Source of the DNA: Gracilimonas sp.
Lineage (GTDB): Bacteria; Bacteroidota; Rhodothermia; Balneolales; Balneolaceae
Direction of reading: 5' to 3'
Assembly (NCBI GenBank): GCA_034520725.1
Contig: JAXHNH010000009.1
Location: forward strand, 7,252 to 71,251
DNA: 64,000 nucleotides
The notes under the pieces were generated by a model. It was not told the origin of the DNA. It ran no database searches and was given only the letters and a program-made list of their open reading frames with translations. The position numbers and the translations under genes were made by a program. Positions 41,432-51,308 of this stretch are shown in pieces (position 1 is the stretch's first letter; every line of letters begins with the position of its first letter).

Positions 41432-41743
41432 ATGAAAAGTGGAATTGGAACACTATTAGTGGGAGCCACAGCTTTTGCAGGTGGGGTACTAGCAGGATTA
41501 TTAATAACACCTAAAAGTGGCCGGGAAAACATAAAGTGGGTGAAAAACCAAAGTGAAGAAACCAAGCAATGGCTTGAAACTACCGGTAGAAAACTCAGAG
41601 AAGACGGGGAAAAAAGAGTAGATCGATTTTCAGAAGGAATCAAAAAATCACTGAAAGATTCATTGCCAGACTTATACGAAGCCACAGAAGATCTTGATTT
41701 TTCAGAAAAAGAGGAGATAGAAGAAATCACCAAGCATGGGTGA
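41432..41743 (+). CDS. YtxH-domain protein
   Basis: AGLLITPKSGRE motif after a hydrophobic N-terminus. Confidence 0.85.
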   Translation: MKSGIGTLLVGATAFAGGVLAGLLITPKSGRENIKWVKNQSEETKQWLETTGRKLREDGEKRVDRFSEGIKKSLKDSLPDLYEATEDLDFSEKEEIEEITKHG

Positions 41744-42899
41744 TCTTGGTTTTCAATATTCTGAAGCCTTTCTTCAGTGGATATGGGAAAATGGGCTTTT
41801 CGACCATGCCGGTTTGCATACCGAGTGTGGGAAGTCCGTGCAGATTTTGGAAGCCGGTGAGTTAAATAAAACCGACGGTCCAGATTTTAGAGCCTCCCGA
41901 ATAGTCATAGATGAAATAATGTGGCATGGAGATGTTGAGCTGCATCTCAGGAGTAAAGATTGGTATGCTCACGCTCATCATAACGATACCAATTTTGATA
42001 CGGTTTTTTTACACGTCATTGTAGAAGGTAAATCAGAGCAAGTGACTACCCAAAATGGGAGTAAGCCCTTTACACTAAATTTAGGACCCTACCTTTCAAA
42101 TAATCTGAAGGTTTTTTTAAAAAGCTTTGAAGATAGAAAGACCTTGCCATGCTCCGGTAATCTGAATTTCATATCAGAAGAGGTATTTCATAAGCAGCTT
42201 GAAAAAGCACATTCAGAATATCTGGAAAAGAAAACGAATGATTTTCTGTCTCTGTATGATCCTGAAGTACTACCATCAGAAGCCTGGAAGAAAGCATTAA
42301 TTTTATCCGTTTGGGATGGTTTGGGAATCACTCATAATCGTAAGCCAATGAGAATGACGGGTGAGAGACTTCTTGCCATATGGGATGGAGCTTTATCTGA
42401 AGAGGGAGTTAAATTGGCTCTAAAGGAGGCTGGGCTTGGCGAAAGTTCTGATCCGGTCTGGAACATGAAAGCTGTAAGGCCTGCAAATCACCCTGAAAAA
42501 AGGATAAAAGAAGCTGTACGTATGACTTTTGAAATATTGAACACGCCATTTGAAAACTTTCTCAGTAAAGATAGTATAGGTCTTTGGGAAAAATGGTGCA
42601 AAAACTGTGAAATCATAGGTTCTTCCCGGATGAAGATCCTATTCGGAACCGTATATCTTCCGGCGCTCTATGTGTCAGGGATGTTGTTCGCCCATCAGGG
42701 TTTGAAAGAAAAGGTTCGCGCAACATGGAGTGATCTGAAAACGCCAATTCCACGATCACTGCTCAAAAAATTCAAAGCCCTTCAACTGAATACTGATAAT
42801 TATAGCAGGAAATTAGGTTCTATTCATCAATTGAAATCATATTGCAAGCCAAGGAAGTGTTCTGAATGTTTTGTTTTAAAAAATGCGATTCAGTCTTGA
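41736..42899 (+). CDS. DUF2851-family protein
   Basis: LQWIW, GPDF, WHGDVELH, WYAHAHH.D..F..V.LH; C-terminal YCKPRKCSEC. Confidence 0.85.
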   Translation: MGDLGFQYSEAFLQWIWENGLFDHAGLHTECGKSVQILEAGELNKTDGPDFRASRIVIDEIMWHGDVELHLRSKDWYAHAHHNDTNFDTVFLHVIVEGKSEQVTTQNGSKPFTLNLGPYLSNNLKVFLKSFEDRKTLPCSGNLNFISEEVFHKQLEKAHSEYLEKKTNDFLSLYDPEVLPSEAWKKALILSVWDGLGITHNRKPMRMTGERLLAIWDGALSEEGVKLALKEAGLGESSDPVWNMKAVRPANHPEKRIKEAVRMTFEILNTPFENFLSKDSIGLWEKWCKNCEIIGSSRMKILFGTVYLPALYVSGMLFAHQGLKEKVRATWSDLKTPIPRSLLKKFKALQLNTDNYSRKLGSIHQLKSYCKPRKCSECFVLKNAIQS

Positions 42900-42918
42900 T
42901 TGCTTTTAAAGTGATTTC

Positions 42919-42926
42919 TATCTTTG
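42919..42926 (+). promoter_or_regulatory. -7 promoter box for tRNA-Gln/prs
   Basis: TATCTTTG (TAnnTTTG) with TTG upstream at ~42900. Confidence 0.65.
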
Positions 42927-42947
42927 GGGTCTGTCAATGATATGAAA

Positions 42948-43018
42948 TGCCCGGTCGTCTAATGGCAGGACACCTGGTTTTGGTCCAGGCAGTGGGGGTT
43001 CGAATCCTCCCCGGGCAA
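42948..43018 (+). tRNA. tRNA-Gln (UUG)
   Basis: Acceptor tgcccgg/ccgggca, anticodon stem cctgg/ccagg with loop ttttggt, T-loop gttcgaatc; CCA not encoded. Confidence 0.97.
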
Positions 43019-43029
43019 CAACATTTATT

Positions 43030-43057
43030 AAAGGATGACTGTAAAGCCATCCTTTTT
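43030..43057 (+). terminator. Hairpin plus T run after the tRNA
   Basis: aaaggatg-actgtaaagc-catccttttt. Confidence 0.6.
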
Positions 43058-43120
43058 ATTTATTGATCAATAATTGGAAGATCATATCTTCTGGAATAAC
43101 CTGAATCGAAAGCCTGCATA

Positions 43121-44053
43121 GTGGATACACCTCTGGCGATATTTTCCGGCACAAGTAACCCGGCTTTAGCAAGAGCAATTGCTGAAGAGTATGGAACATC
43201 ATTAGGTGAGCTAACCATCAAGAAGTTTTCTGACGGGGAGCAATATGTTAAGTATGAGCAGAGCATCAGGGGAGAGGATATTTTTGTTATACAGTCAACT
43301 CCACCTCCTGGTGACAACATTATAGAATTGCTTTTACTGCTTGACGCTGCAAAACGGGCTTCGGTAAAACGAGTGACAGCAGTTATTCCTTACTTTGGAT
43401 ATGCCCGCCAGGATCGAAAGGATCAGCCAAGGGTGTCGATCGGTTCAAAACTGATGGCAAATTTGTTAGTTAAGGCCGGTGCAGATCGTATTCTTACAAT
43501 GGATCTGCATGCTGCTCAAATACAAGGATTTTTTGATATCCCACTGGATCATCTTTACGCCAGCCGGGCTTTTATTGATCACTTTACCTCAAACCCAATA
43601 AATAATCTGGTGGTTGTTGCACCAGATGTTGGTAGTCTTAAAATGGCAAGGGCCTACTCCAAAAAATTGGATGCAACCCTGGCGTTTATTGATAAAAGAC
43701 GACCAAAAGCCAATGAGTCTGAGATTATGAATCTAATTGGTGAGGTAGAAGGAAAGAATGTGTTAATAGTCGATGATTTGATCGACACTGCCGGAACACT
43801 TACAAATGCAGCTGCCGCTCTGAAAGAAAGAGGGGCTCTGAGTATTAAAGCTATTTGTACACATCCGATACTATCGGGACCGGCATTTCAGCGAATTGAA
43901 GATTCGCCAATTGACGAGTTGTTAGTAACTGATACTGTTCAGCTTCGCCAGCCTTCTGATAAGATAAAGGTGTTGAGCGTAGCGAATATCTTTGCTGAAG
44001 CTATACAACGTATTCACACTAACGACACAATCAGTGCACTGTTTGATAATTAA
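43121..44053 (+). CDS. prs: Ribose-phosphate pyrophosphokinase
   Basis: FSDGE, PYFGYARQDRK, DLHAAQIQGFF, VDDLIDTAGT. Confidence 0.98.
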   Translation: MDTPLAIFSGTSNPALARAIAEEYGTSLGELTIKKFSDGEQYVKYEQSIRGEDIFVIQSTPPPGDNIIELLLLLDAAKRASVKRVTAVIPYFGYARQDRKDQPRVSIGSKLMANLLVKAGADRILTMDLHAAQIQGFFDIPLDHLYASRAFIDHFTSNPINNLVVVAPDVGSLKMARAYSKKLDATLAFIDKRRPKANESEIMNLIGEVEGKNVLIVDDLIDTAGTLTNAAAALKERGALSIKAICTHPILSGPAFQRIEDSPIDELLVTDTVQLRQPSDKIKVLSVANIFAEAIQRIHTNDTISALFDN

Positions 44054-44072
44054 TGATTAAGGTAAACGCATT

Positions 44073-44789
44073 ATGGCACACCCAGAATTAGTAAAACTTG
44101 AAGGAACAATTAGAGAGACCAGTAAGCAAGCCAATAAAGCGCTTCGCGAAGAGCTTCGTGTTCCTGCGGTACTCTATGGTCCCGAAGTAGAAGAGAATAT
44201 CCATTTTTCAGTAGATGAATTAGAAGTGGAAAAGATTCTTAGAAAACCACAGTCTAAACTTCAGGAGCTTACTGTAAACGGTAAAACGTATAAAACTCTC
44301 TTAAAGAGAACTGAGTTCGATCCTGTAACCGATCGTGTTGTTCATGCAGATTTCTATGTGCTTTCTGACGAGCATAAAGTGACGCTGCGTGTACCGATCA
44401 AGATCACCGGTAGCGCTAAAGGCGTTGTCGAAAATGGTGGTCGTGTGTTCAAACCAATGAACTTTATAAGAATTCGAGTACTGCCTGAAGCGATTCCTGC
44501 AGAGTTTGAATTAGACATCACACCACTAGAAATTGGTCAGTCGCTTCACATCTCAGATTTGAATCTGGAAGGAATTATTCCTCTGGATGATATGAGTCGT
44601 ACGATCGTGACCATTCGTCCTCCAAAAGGAGCCGATTTCCTCGAAAACCTTGTTTCAGGTGTTACTGATGAAGCCGCTGAAGAAGAAGTTGTGGAAGGTG
44701 AAGAGCTTGCAGAAGGCGAAGAGCTTGCTGAAGGTGAAGAGCCTGCTGAAGGTGAAGAAGGTGATGAAGAAGAATCAACCGAGGATTAA
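44073..44789 (+). CDS. rplY: 50S ribosomal protein L25/Ctc
   Basis: VPAVLYG, HADF, acidic tail; sits between prs and pth. Confidence 0.93.
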   Translation: MAHPELVKLEGTIRETSKQANKALREELRVPAVLYGPEVEENIHFSVDELEVEKILRKPQSKLQELTVNGKTYKTLLKRTEFDPVTDRVVHADFYVLSDEHKVTLRVPIKITGSAKGVVENGGRVFKPMNFIRIRVLPEAIPAEFELDITPLEIGQSLHISDLNLEGIIPLDDMSRTIVTIRPPKGADFLENLVSGVTDEAAEEEVVEGEELAEGEELAEGEEPAEGEEGDEEESTED

Positions 44790-44829
44790 GTCCGAAGTTA
44801 TTCACTAAACTAAACGTGTCCCGAATGCC

Positions 44830-45387
44830 ATGTCCATTATTGTAGGATTAGGAAATATTGGACAAGAGTATGAAGGAACACGCCACAATATAGGATTTGA
44901 AGTTGTTGACGCATTAGCGGAGACACTTTCTATTACATTTGGCCCGGGTGACGGGCCTTTTGTGGTTGCAGAGGGCAGGCACAGAGGCAGAAATGTCGTA
45001 CTGATAAAGCCAACTACATATATGAACAGAAGTGGATTGGCTGTCAGGAATGTCCTCTCAAAATACAAGACTGATAAAGAAGATTGCCTGATCATTTATG
45101 ATGATCTGAATCTCGATGTCGGGGATGTCAGGCTGAAGGCTACGGGCAGTGCCGGTGGCCATAATGGAATACAAAACATTATTGACTTGCTGGGGAGCAG
45201 AGATATTCCCCGCATTCGATTTGGGATCGGTAACGATTTTCCCAGAGGTAAACAGGTCGATTTTGTATTATCTCCATTCAAAAAAACAGATCAAAAATAT
45301 TTAGAAGAGGGCATTCAGAAAGCCCACGATGCTTCGCTTTATTTTGTACGGGAAGGCATCAACAAAACTATGAATCACTTTAATTAA
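44830..45387 (+). CDS. pth: Peptidyl-tRNA hydrolase
   Basis: GLGNIG..YEGTRHNIGF, KPTTYMNRSG, GGHNG, FVLSPF. Confidence 0.97.
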   Translation: MSIIVGLGNIGQEYEGTRHNIGFEVVDALAETLSITFGPGDGPFVVAEGRHRGRNVVLIKPTTYMNRSGLAVRNVLSKYKTDKEDCLIIYDDLNLDVGDVRLKATGSAGGHNGIQNIIDLLGSRDIPRIRFGIGNDFPRGKQVDFVLSPFKKTDQKYLEEGIQKAHDASLYFVREGINKTMNHFN

Positions 45388-45437
45388 CTATAAGTCTCAA
45401 ACCGACTTATTGAACTTAAAATACGTAACGGGAAACA

Positions 45438-47664
45438 ATGGATACAATAATCTATTTTATACCGGTGGCCGGAGTTATAGCACTTCTGTACACCATTTTT
45501 AAAACATCCTGGGTAACAAAACAGGAGATAGGAACTGAGCGCATGGAACGCATAAGCAAAAGTATTGCGAGCGGTGCCATGGCATTCTTGAAAGCTGAAT
45601 ACAGGGTACTAGCAGTATTTGTACTGGTTGTAGCTATAATACTTGGCTTCAGTGCAGATCCTACCACTTCTAGCTGGATGGTAGCTATCTCATTTGTTGT
45701 GGGTGCTATTTGTTCAGGTCTTGCCGGTTTTATTGGTATGAAAGTTGCAACCAAAGCCAATGTTAGAACCACACATGCTGCACGAACAAGCCTTGGTAAA
45801 GGCCTTGAAGTTGCTTTTGCCGGTGGATCCGTAATGGGCCTTGGTGTTGTTGGCCTTGGTGTTCTTGGCCTTAGTTTGTTGTTCATTATTTTCGGTAATG
45901 TATTTGGCCTTGAAGGTGCAGGTGCGGTTAATAAAGTACTTAGCCATTGTAACTGGATTTTCCTTTGGTGCCTCATCTATTGCCCTTTTTGCACGTGTTG
46001 GTGGAGGTATTTATACCAAAGCTGCTGACGTTGGCGCTGACCTTGTAGGTAAAGTTGAAGCCGGTATTCCAGAAGATCACCCTCTTAACCCAGCTACTAT
46101 TGCCGATAACGTAGGTGATAATGTTGGTGACGTAGCCGGTATGGGTGCCGACCTTTTTGAGTCTTATGTAGGGTCTATTATTGGTACTATGGTATTGGGT
46201 GCTGCTTTTATTGCAGGCGCAACAATTGACGGTGCTGTTTGGTCAGATGCATTCAACGGCCTTTCCGCTGTAATGCTTCCATTGGTTCTTGCCGGCGTTG
46301 GAATTTTGACTTCTATTCTTGGAACATTCTTTGTTCGCGTAAAAGAAGGTGGAGATCCTCAAAGGGCATTAAATATGGGTGAGTTTATTTCAGCAGCTGT
46401 AATGCTGATAGCTTCTTACTTTATCATTACCTGGATGCTTCCTGAAACATGGACATTCAACGGTGAAGTTTATAACAGTATGGGAGTATTTTGGGCCACT
46501 ATATTTGGCCTTGCAGCTGGACTTGGAATTGGGTTGATCACTGAGCATTACACCGGAACCGGAACTAAGCCCGTTTGGTCTATTGTGAAGCAATCTGTAA
46601 CCGGATCTGCAACAAACATCATTGCCGGACTTGGCGTTGGTATGATCTCAACTGCGATTCCTATTCTTATTATCGCTGTTGCAATTATTGGGGCCTATGA
46701 ATTTGCCGGATTGTACGGTATTGCGATCGCTGCGGTTGGGATGCTTTCAAACACAGGTATCCAGTTAGCTGTTGATGCTTACGGACCAATTTCTGATAAT
46801 GCCGGTGGTATTGCAGAGATGGCTGAACTCCCTGGTGAAGTTCGTGAGCGTACCGATAAGCTTGATGCGGTAGGTAACACGACTGCTGCTATCGGTAAAG
46901 GTTTTGCGATCGGTTCTGCTGCCTTAACAGCACTTGCTCTATTTGCTGCATTCATTACTGCTTTTGAAGCTGTGAACCCGGGAGTAGAGGTTATTATTAG
47001 TGTAACCAACCCTTCTGTGATGGCCGCGTTATTTGTAGGGGCAATGTTACCATTCTTGTTCTCTGCTCTTTCTATGAATGCCGTAGGCCGTGCCGCAATG
47101 AGTATGATCGAAGAAGTGCGCCGTCAGTTCCGTGATATTCCTGAATTGACCAAAGCACTTGCTGCTATGAACCGCAACGAAGGCAAGGAATTGGCTGATT
47201 GGTCTGATGAAGACCGTACTACTTTTGAAGCCGCTGACGGTAAAGCTGAGTATGAAAAATGTGTTGAGATATCGACACAAGCTTCCATTCGTGAGATGGT
47301 TGTTCCGGGTCTGTTAGCCGTAATTGTTCCTGTACTCTTCGGCTTTGTTCCGGGATTTATCAGTGACAGCCCAACACTTGGTGCTGAAATGCTTGGTGGA
47401 CTTCTTGCAGGTGTAACTTCTGCAGGTGTTCTTATGGCTCTCTTTCAGTCTAATGCCGGTGGTGCTTGGGATAACGCCAAGAAGATGATCGAAGAAGGCG
47501 TGACCATCGACGGTGTTGAATATGGAAAAGGCTCTGAGCCTCACAAAGCGGGTGTTGTTGGAGATACTGTTGGTGATCCATTCAAGGATACTTCAGGTCC
47601 TTCACTGAACATCCTGCTTAAGTTGATGTCAGTTGTAGCTCTTGTAATTGCTACTATGATCTAA
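45438..47664 (+). CDS. hppA: Membrane-bound ion-pumping pyrophosphatase (K+-dependent type, probably Na+), split by one +1 frameshift at ~45939-45944
   Basis: [43 protein letters not shown] (Ala at the K/A determinant), [10 protein letters not shown]; N- and C-terminal parts in different frames. Confidence 0.9.
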
Positions 47665-47686
47665 AGCTTAGCTAAGCAAAAAATTC

Positions 47687-47722
47687 AAAGCCCCGTGCAT
47701 AACTCATGCACGGGGCTTTTTT
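47687..47722 (+). terminator. Rho-independent terminator
   Basis: aaagccccgtgcat-aactc-atgcacggggctttttt. Confidence 0.9.
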
Positions 47723-47811
47723 ATGGCTTTAATTTCTGAAAAATGGTGTTTCCTTATTTCATACAGAAATGAAAGGTCAACCAACTAAAAACATAACACG
47801 TATTCCATGAC

Positions 47812-47851
47812 CTGCCCGTAGAGGCGCGATGCGTCGCGTCTCTACGGGCAG
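47812..47851. repeat. GTAG-tagged REP palindrome
   Basis: ctgcccgtagaggcgcga-tgcg-tcgcgtctctacgggcag: 18-bp stem with one G-T pair. Confidence 0.75.
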
Positions 47852-47954
47852 AATCAAGATTGTTTTTATCGATGTTTGAAGAACTAAAAAAAGAACCTTT
47901 TACACCTGAAATTCATTGTACTAATACAATCGAAACTAATACAGGAGTACAATT

Positions 47955-48539
47955 ATGGCAGCTAAGAAAATATTAATGATCGTTGGAGATTATGGAGAAG
48001 ACCTTGAGATCATGGTGCCCTTTCAGGCATTGCAGATGGTTGGGCACGAAGTTCATGCGGTTTGCCCGGATAAGAAAAAAGGAGATACCTGTCCAACAGC
48101 AGTGCATGATTTTGTGGGAGACCAAACCTACAAAGAATTAAGGGGTCATAACTTCACGCTGAATTATGATTTTGATAAAGCAGATCCTGCAGATTATGAT
48201 GCTTTGGTTCTGCCCGGCGGACGTGCCCCTGAATATCTCCGTTTGAATGATGAGGTTGTTTCTAAAGTGAAGCACTTCCTAGATGAGGACAAGCCCATTG
48301 CCGCTATTTGCCACGGACTTCAGATCTTTGCGAAAACAGGTGGCATTGAAGGGAGAACGTTAACAGCCTATCCTGCCTGCGGACCAGAAATGGAAGCTTG
48401 TGGTGCCAATTATAAAGAAGTGCCGCCTACAGAAGCCGTAGTTGATGGAAATCTTGTTACCTCACCAGCATGGCCCGGACATCAAAAATGGCTGGCAGAA
48501 TTTCTGAAGGTGTTGGGAACAGAGATCACACATAAGTAA
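47955..48539 (+). CDS. DJ-1/PfpI-family protein
   Basis: [32 protein letters not shown]. Confidence 0.92.
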   Translation: MAAKKILMIVGDYGEDLEIMVPFQALQMVGHEVHAVCPDKKKGDTCPTAVHDFVGDQTYKELRGHNFTLNYDFDKADPADYDALVLPGGRAPEYLRLNDEVVSKVKHFLDEDKPIAAICHGLQIFAKTGGIEGRTLTAYPACGPEMEACGANYKEVPPTEAVVDGNLVTSPAWPGHQKWLAEFLKVLGTEITHK

Positions 48540-48547
48540 GACATGTT

Positions 48548-48574
48548 TCGCTCCAACGCAGAGCGTAGGAGCGA
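48548..48574. repeat. REP-like palindrome with GCAGAGCG core
   Basis: tcgctcc-aacgcagagcgta-ggagcga. Confidence 0.7.
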
Positions 48575-48615
48575 GTTAGGTAAATTCTATTTCTGACAAT
48601 TTAAAATTGGCTAAC

Positions 48616-50130
48616 TTAAACGTCGAAATCTAAACCCTGAGCCAGTGGCAGAGAATCGCCCCAGTTCATGGTGTTAGTTTGTCGACGCATGTAGGCTTTC
48701 CATGCATCGGAACCGGATTCACGGCCGCCTCCGGTTTCTTTTTCACCACCAAAGGCACCACCAATTTCGGCACCGCTAGTTCCAATGTTTACATTGGCAA
48801 TACCGCAATCGGAACCACGCGCACTTAGGAAGGTCTCAGCTTCACGCATATTAAGGGTAAACATGGCCGAACTTAGCCCTTGTTTAACACCGTTGTGTAT
48901 GGCAATAGCTTCATCCAGGTCTTTGTATTTGATGAGGTATAGAATAGGTGCAAAAGTTTCTTCCTGAACGATATCATAATGATTCTCTACTTCAGCCAGT
49001 GCGGGGCGGACGTAGAAGCCTTCTTCATCCAAAACATCACCACCGTAAATAACTTTACCGCCTTCTTTCTCAATTTCCTTTAGGGCGTTCTGCATGTTAT
49101 TAATAGCATCCTCATCGATCATTGGTCCTACAAGGGTGTTTTCTTCCAGCGGATCCCCGATCGTAATATTATCATAGATATTTATCAGGCGTTCTTTAAC
49201 CTGATCGTAAACTGACTCGTGAATGATCAGTCGGCGGGTGCTTGTACAGCGCTGTCCGCAGGTTCCAACAGCGCCAAATACGGTTGCACGGATCGCCATT
49301 TCGATATCAGCGTTTTCTGAAATGATGATAGCATTGTTACCGCCAAGCTCCAGTATGGTTTTACCTAACCGGGAAGCAACAGTTTTTCCAACTTCCTTAC
49401 CCATTCGGATTGAACCGGTAGCTGAGATAAGTGGAATGCGGGTATCTTCGGTCATCCATTCACCAAGCTCACGGTCACCGGTTACAAGGTTAAAGATACC
49501 TTCAGGCAGGTCATTTTCTTTGAGCACTTTAGCTACGATCTTTTGAACGGCTACTCCACATAGAGGAGTTTTTTCTGAACCTTTCCAGATCATTACGTTA
49601 CCGCAAACCGCAGCTATCATGGCATTCCAGCTCCAAACGGCAACCGGAAAGTTGAAAGCCGAAATGATACCAACTATACCAAGAGGGTGCCACTGCTCAT
49701 ACATTCTGTGTTGAGGACGCTCGCTATGCATGGTCTTGCCATACAGCATACGGGATTGCCCTACAGCAAAATCACAGATATCGATCATTTCCTGAACTTC
49801 CCCCAATCCTTCCTGATAGATCTTGCCCATTTCATAGGTCACTAGTTTACCTAGTGGCTCTTTGTACTCGCGAAGTTTTTGTCCGATCTGACGAACTATT
49901 TCTCCACGCTGGGGAGCCGGCATATTTTTCCAGACCTCAAAAGCTTTTTGAGCTTCCTCAACCACATGGTCGTATTGTTCTTTTGTCGTAACGCCAACAG
50001 TAGCAATCTTTTCACCGTTGGTAGGTGTGAAGCTGCTGATGGTCTCTTTGCTTTCAATGTGTTTTTGTCCGGTGCTTGTTCCCGGGTTAATACCTTCAAT
50101 TCCAAGTGTTTTCAGAAACTCCATAGTCAT
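48616..50130 (-). CDS. Aldehyde dehydrogenase (ALDH7/antiquitin-like)
   Basis: ISAFNFP, LELGGNNA, GQRCT (catalytic Cys), EETFAP, GAFGGEKETG. Confidence 0.93.
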   Translation of the reverse strand: MTMEFLKTLGIEGINPGTSTGQKHIESKETISSFTPTNGEKIATVGVTTKEQYDHVVEEAQKAFEVWKNMPAPQRGEIVRQIGQKLREYKEPLGKLVTYEMGKIYQEGLGEVQEMIDICDFAVGQSRMLYGKTMHSERPQHRMYEQWHPLGIVGIISAFNFPVAVWSWNAMIAAVCGNVMIWKGSEKTPLCGVAVQKIVAKVLKENDLPEGIFNLVTGDRELGEWMTEDTRIPLISATGSIRMGKEVGKTVASRLGKTILELGGNNAIIISENADIEMAIRATVFGAVGTCGQRCTSTRRLIIHESVYDQVKERLINIYDNITIGDPLEENTLVGPMIDEDAINNMQNALKEIEKEGGKVIYGGDVLDEEGFYVRPALAEVENHYDIVQEETFAPILYLIKYKDLDEAIAIHNGVKQGLSSAMFTLNMREAETFLSARGSDCGIANVNIGTSGAEIGGAFGGEKETGGGRESGSDAWKAYMRRQTNTMNWGDSLPLAQGLDFDV

Positions 50131-50175
50131 AATTTATTTACTGAATTTTTAGGAAGATAGGGAAGTAAGCAGTTA

Positions 50176-50266
50176 GAATACAGGGAGTGAATATCCAATA
50201 TCGAACAAGGAATATTAAACACTGAAGTTTTTTATTCCTGTATTCTGAATTCTGAGTTCTGTATTC
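50176..50266. repeat. Period-7 palindromic array (GAA arm / TTC arm) between divergent genes
   Basis: GAA/CAA/AAA at 50189, 50196, 50203, 50210, 50217, 50224; TTC at 50243, 50250, 50257, 50264. Confidence 0.7.
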
Positions 50267-50273
50267 TTCCATC

Positions 50274-51053
50274 ATGAGAAATGCATCAAACAACGAGATC
50301 AAATTACTTAGAAAGCTGAACCGAAAGAAGTACCGAGAAAAGGAGCAGCGGTTTATTGTAGAGGGAGAGCGGGCGGTTGAGCAGGTGCTTGAGAATAGTT
50401 TGGTGGATGTGGAGGCGGTTTTTGTGGGGGAGAGAATTAAAGTGCAAGAGGGGTGGTTCAAGGGTGTGGCGGTTCGTTTGTTGGAAGCAGATGTTCTTGA
50501 TGAAGTGGCGGACACGGAAAATACGCAGGGGATACTGGCTGTTTGTAAGATGCCTGAAGAAATTCAGCCTGAAAAATTAGCGGGAGAAAGTGGCATTATT
50601 GTAGCAACCGATGCGATTCAGGATCCCGGAAACATGGGTACGATCTTGCGGACGGCAGCCTGGTTTGGAGCCAGGGCTTTGATAGCCGGAAAAGGAAGTG
50701 TGGATGTCTATCATCCCAAAGTAGTGCGAAGTACGGCGGGGGCAACCGGAAGTATCCCTGTATTAACGGGCGACCTGGAGGATATCTTCAGGAAACTGGA
50801 AGGATCAGGGTGGGAGATTCTGCTGCTGGATGGTGGGCAAGGAGCGGAAGACCTGGGGTCGATTCAACCCACAGAAAAAACCGTATTGGTTGTGGGGAAT
50901 GAGGGAAATGGAATCAGTGAAAACATATTGAATTCAAATCGGAGAAAAGTAAAAATTGAATCATCACCCGGACAGGAAAAAGTAGAAAGCCTGAATGCAG
51001 CAGTGGCTGTAAGCATCGCGCTTTTTCAGTTAACAGTTAACAATGATCAGTAA
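50274..51053 (+). CDS. TrmH/SpoU-family RNA methyltransferase
   Basis: IQDPGNMGTILRTA, VVRSTAG, VGNEGNG, ESLNAAVA. Confidence 0.92.
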   Translation: MRNASNNEIKLLRKLNRKKYREKEQRFIVEGERAVEQVLENSLVDVEAVFVGERIKVQEGWFKGVAVRLLEADVLDEVADTENTQGILAVCKMPEEIQPEKLAGESGIIVATDAIQDPGNMGTILRTAAWFGARALIAGKGSVDVYHPKVVRSTAGATGSIPVLTGDLEDIFRKLEGSGWEILLLDGGQGAEDLGSIQPTEKTVLVVGNEGNGISENILNSNRRKVKIESSPGQEKVESLNAAVAVSIALFQLTVNNDQ

Positions 51054-51098
51054 ACAGATTTTACCTATTTGGAAAGTTGGATTGGAATTGAACATGTT

Positions 51099-51167
51099 CT
51101 GCTAACTGCTAACTGCTAATGCTAACTGCTAACTGCTAACTGCTAACTGCTAACTGCTAACTGCTAA
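51099..51167. repeat. Heptamer microsatellite (CTGCTAA)x10, one unit 6 bp
   Basis: Units at 51099, 51106, 51113, 51120 (TGCTAA), 51126, 51133, 51140, 51147, 51154, 51161. Confidence 0.95.
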
Positions 51168-51308
51168 CAGTAATAATTTTGTGTTAAATCTGTCGGACTC
51201 GTTGCATAAGAGTTTATCATTAGCTTTATTTCGACAGACGTTCGTTATTCATCTACCTATATAATTATTGGCTAGTATTAACCTTCTTACAACCAAAACC
51301 TCCCCTCT

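Noticed and set aside
44690-44786. 18-bp tandem repeats at the end of rplY
   Set aside because: They encode the ordinary acidic low-complexity tail (EGEELA) of Ctc-type L25.
50330-50620. G-rich stretch of trmH as foreign DNA or a G-quadruplex
   Set aside because: Explained by Glu/Val/Gly codons; no regular G-tract spacing and no mobility signal.
51099-51167. CRISPR array
   Set aside because: Contiguous 7-bp units with no spacers and no cas genes; a microsatellite.
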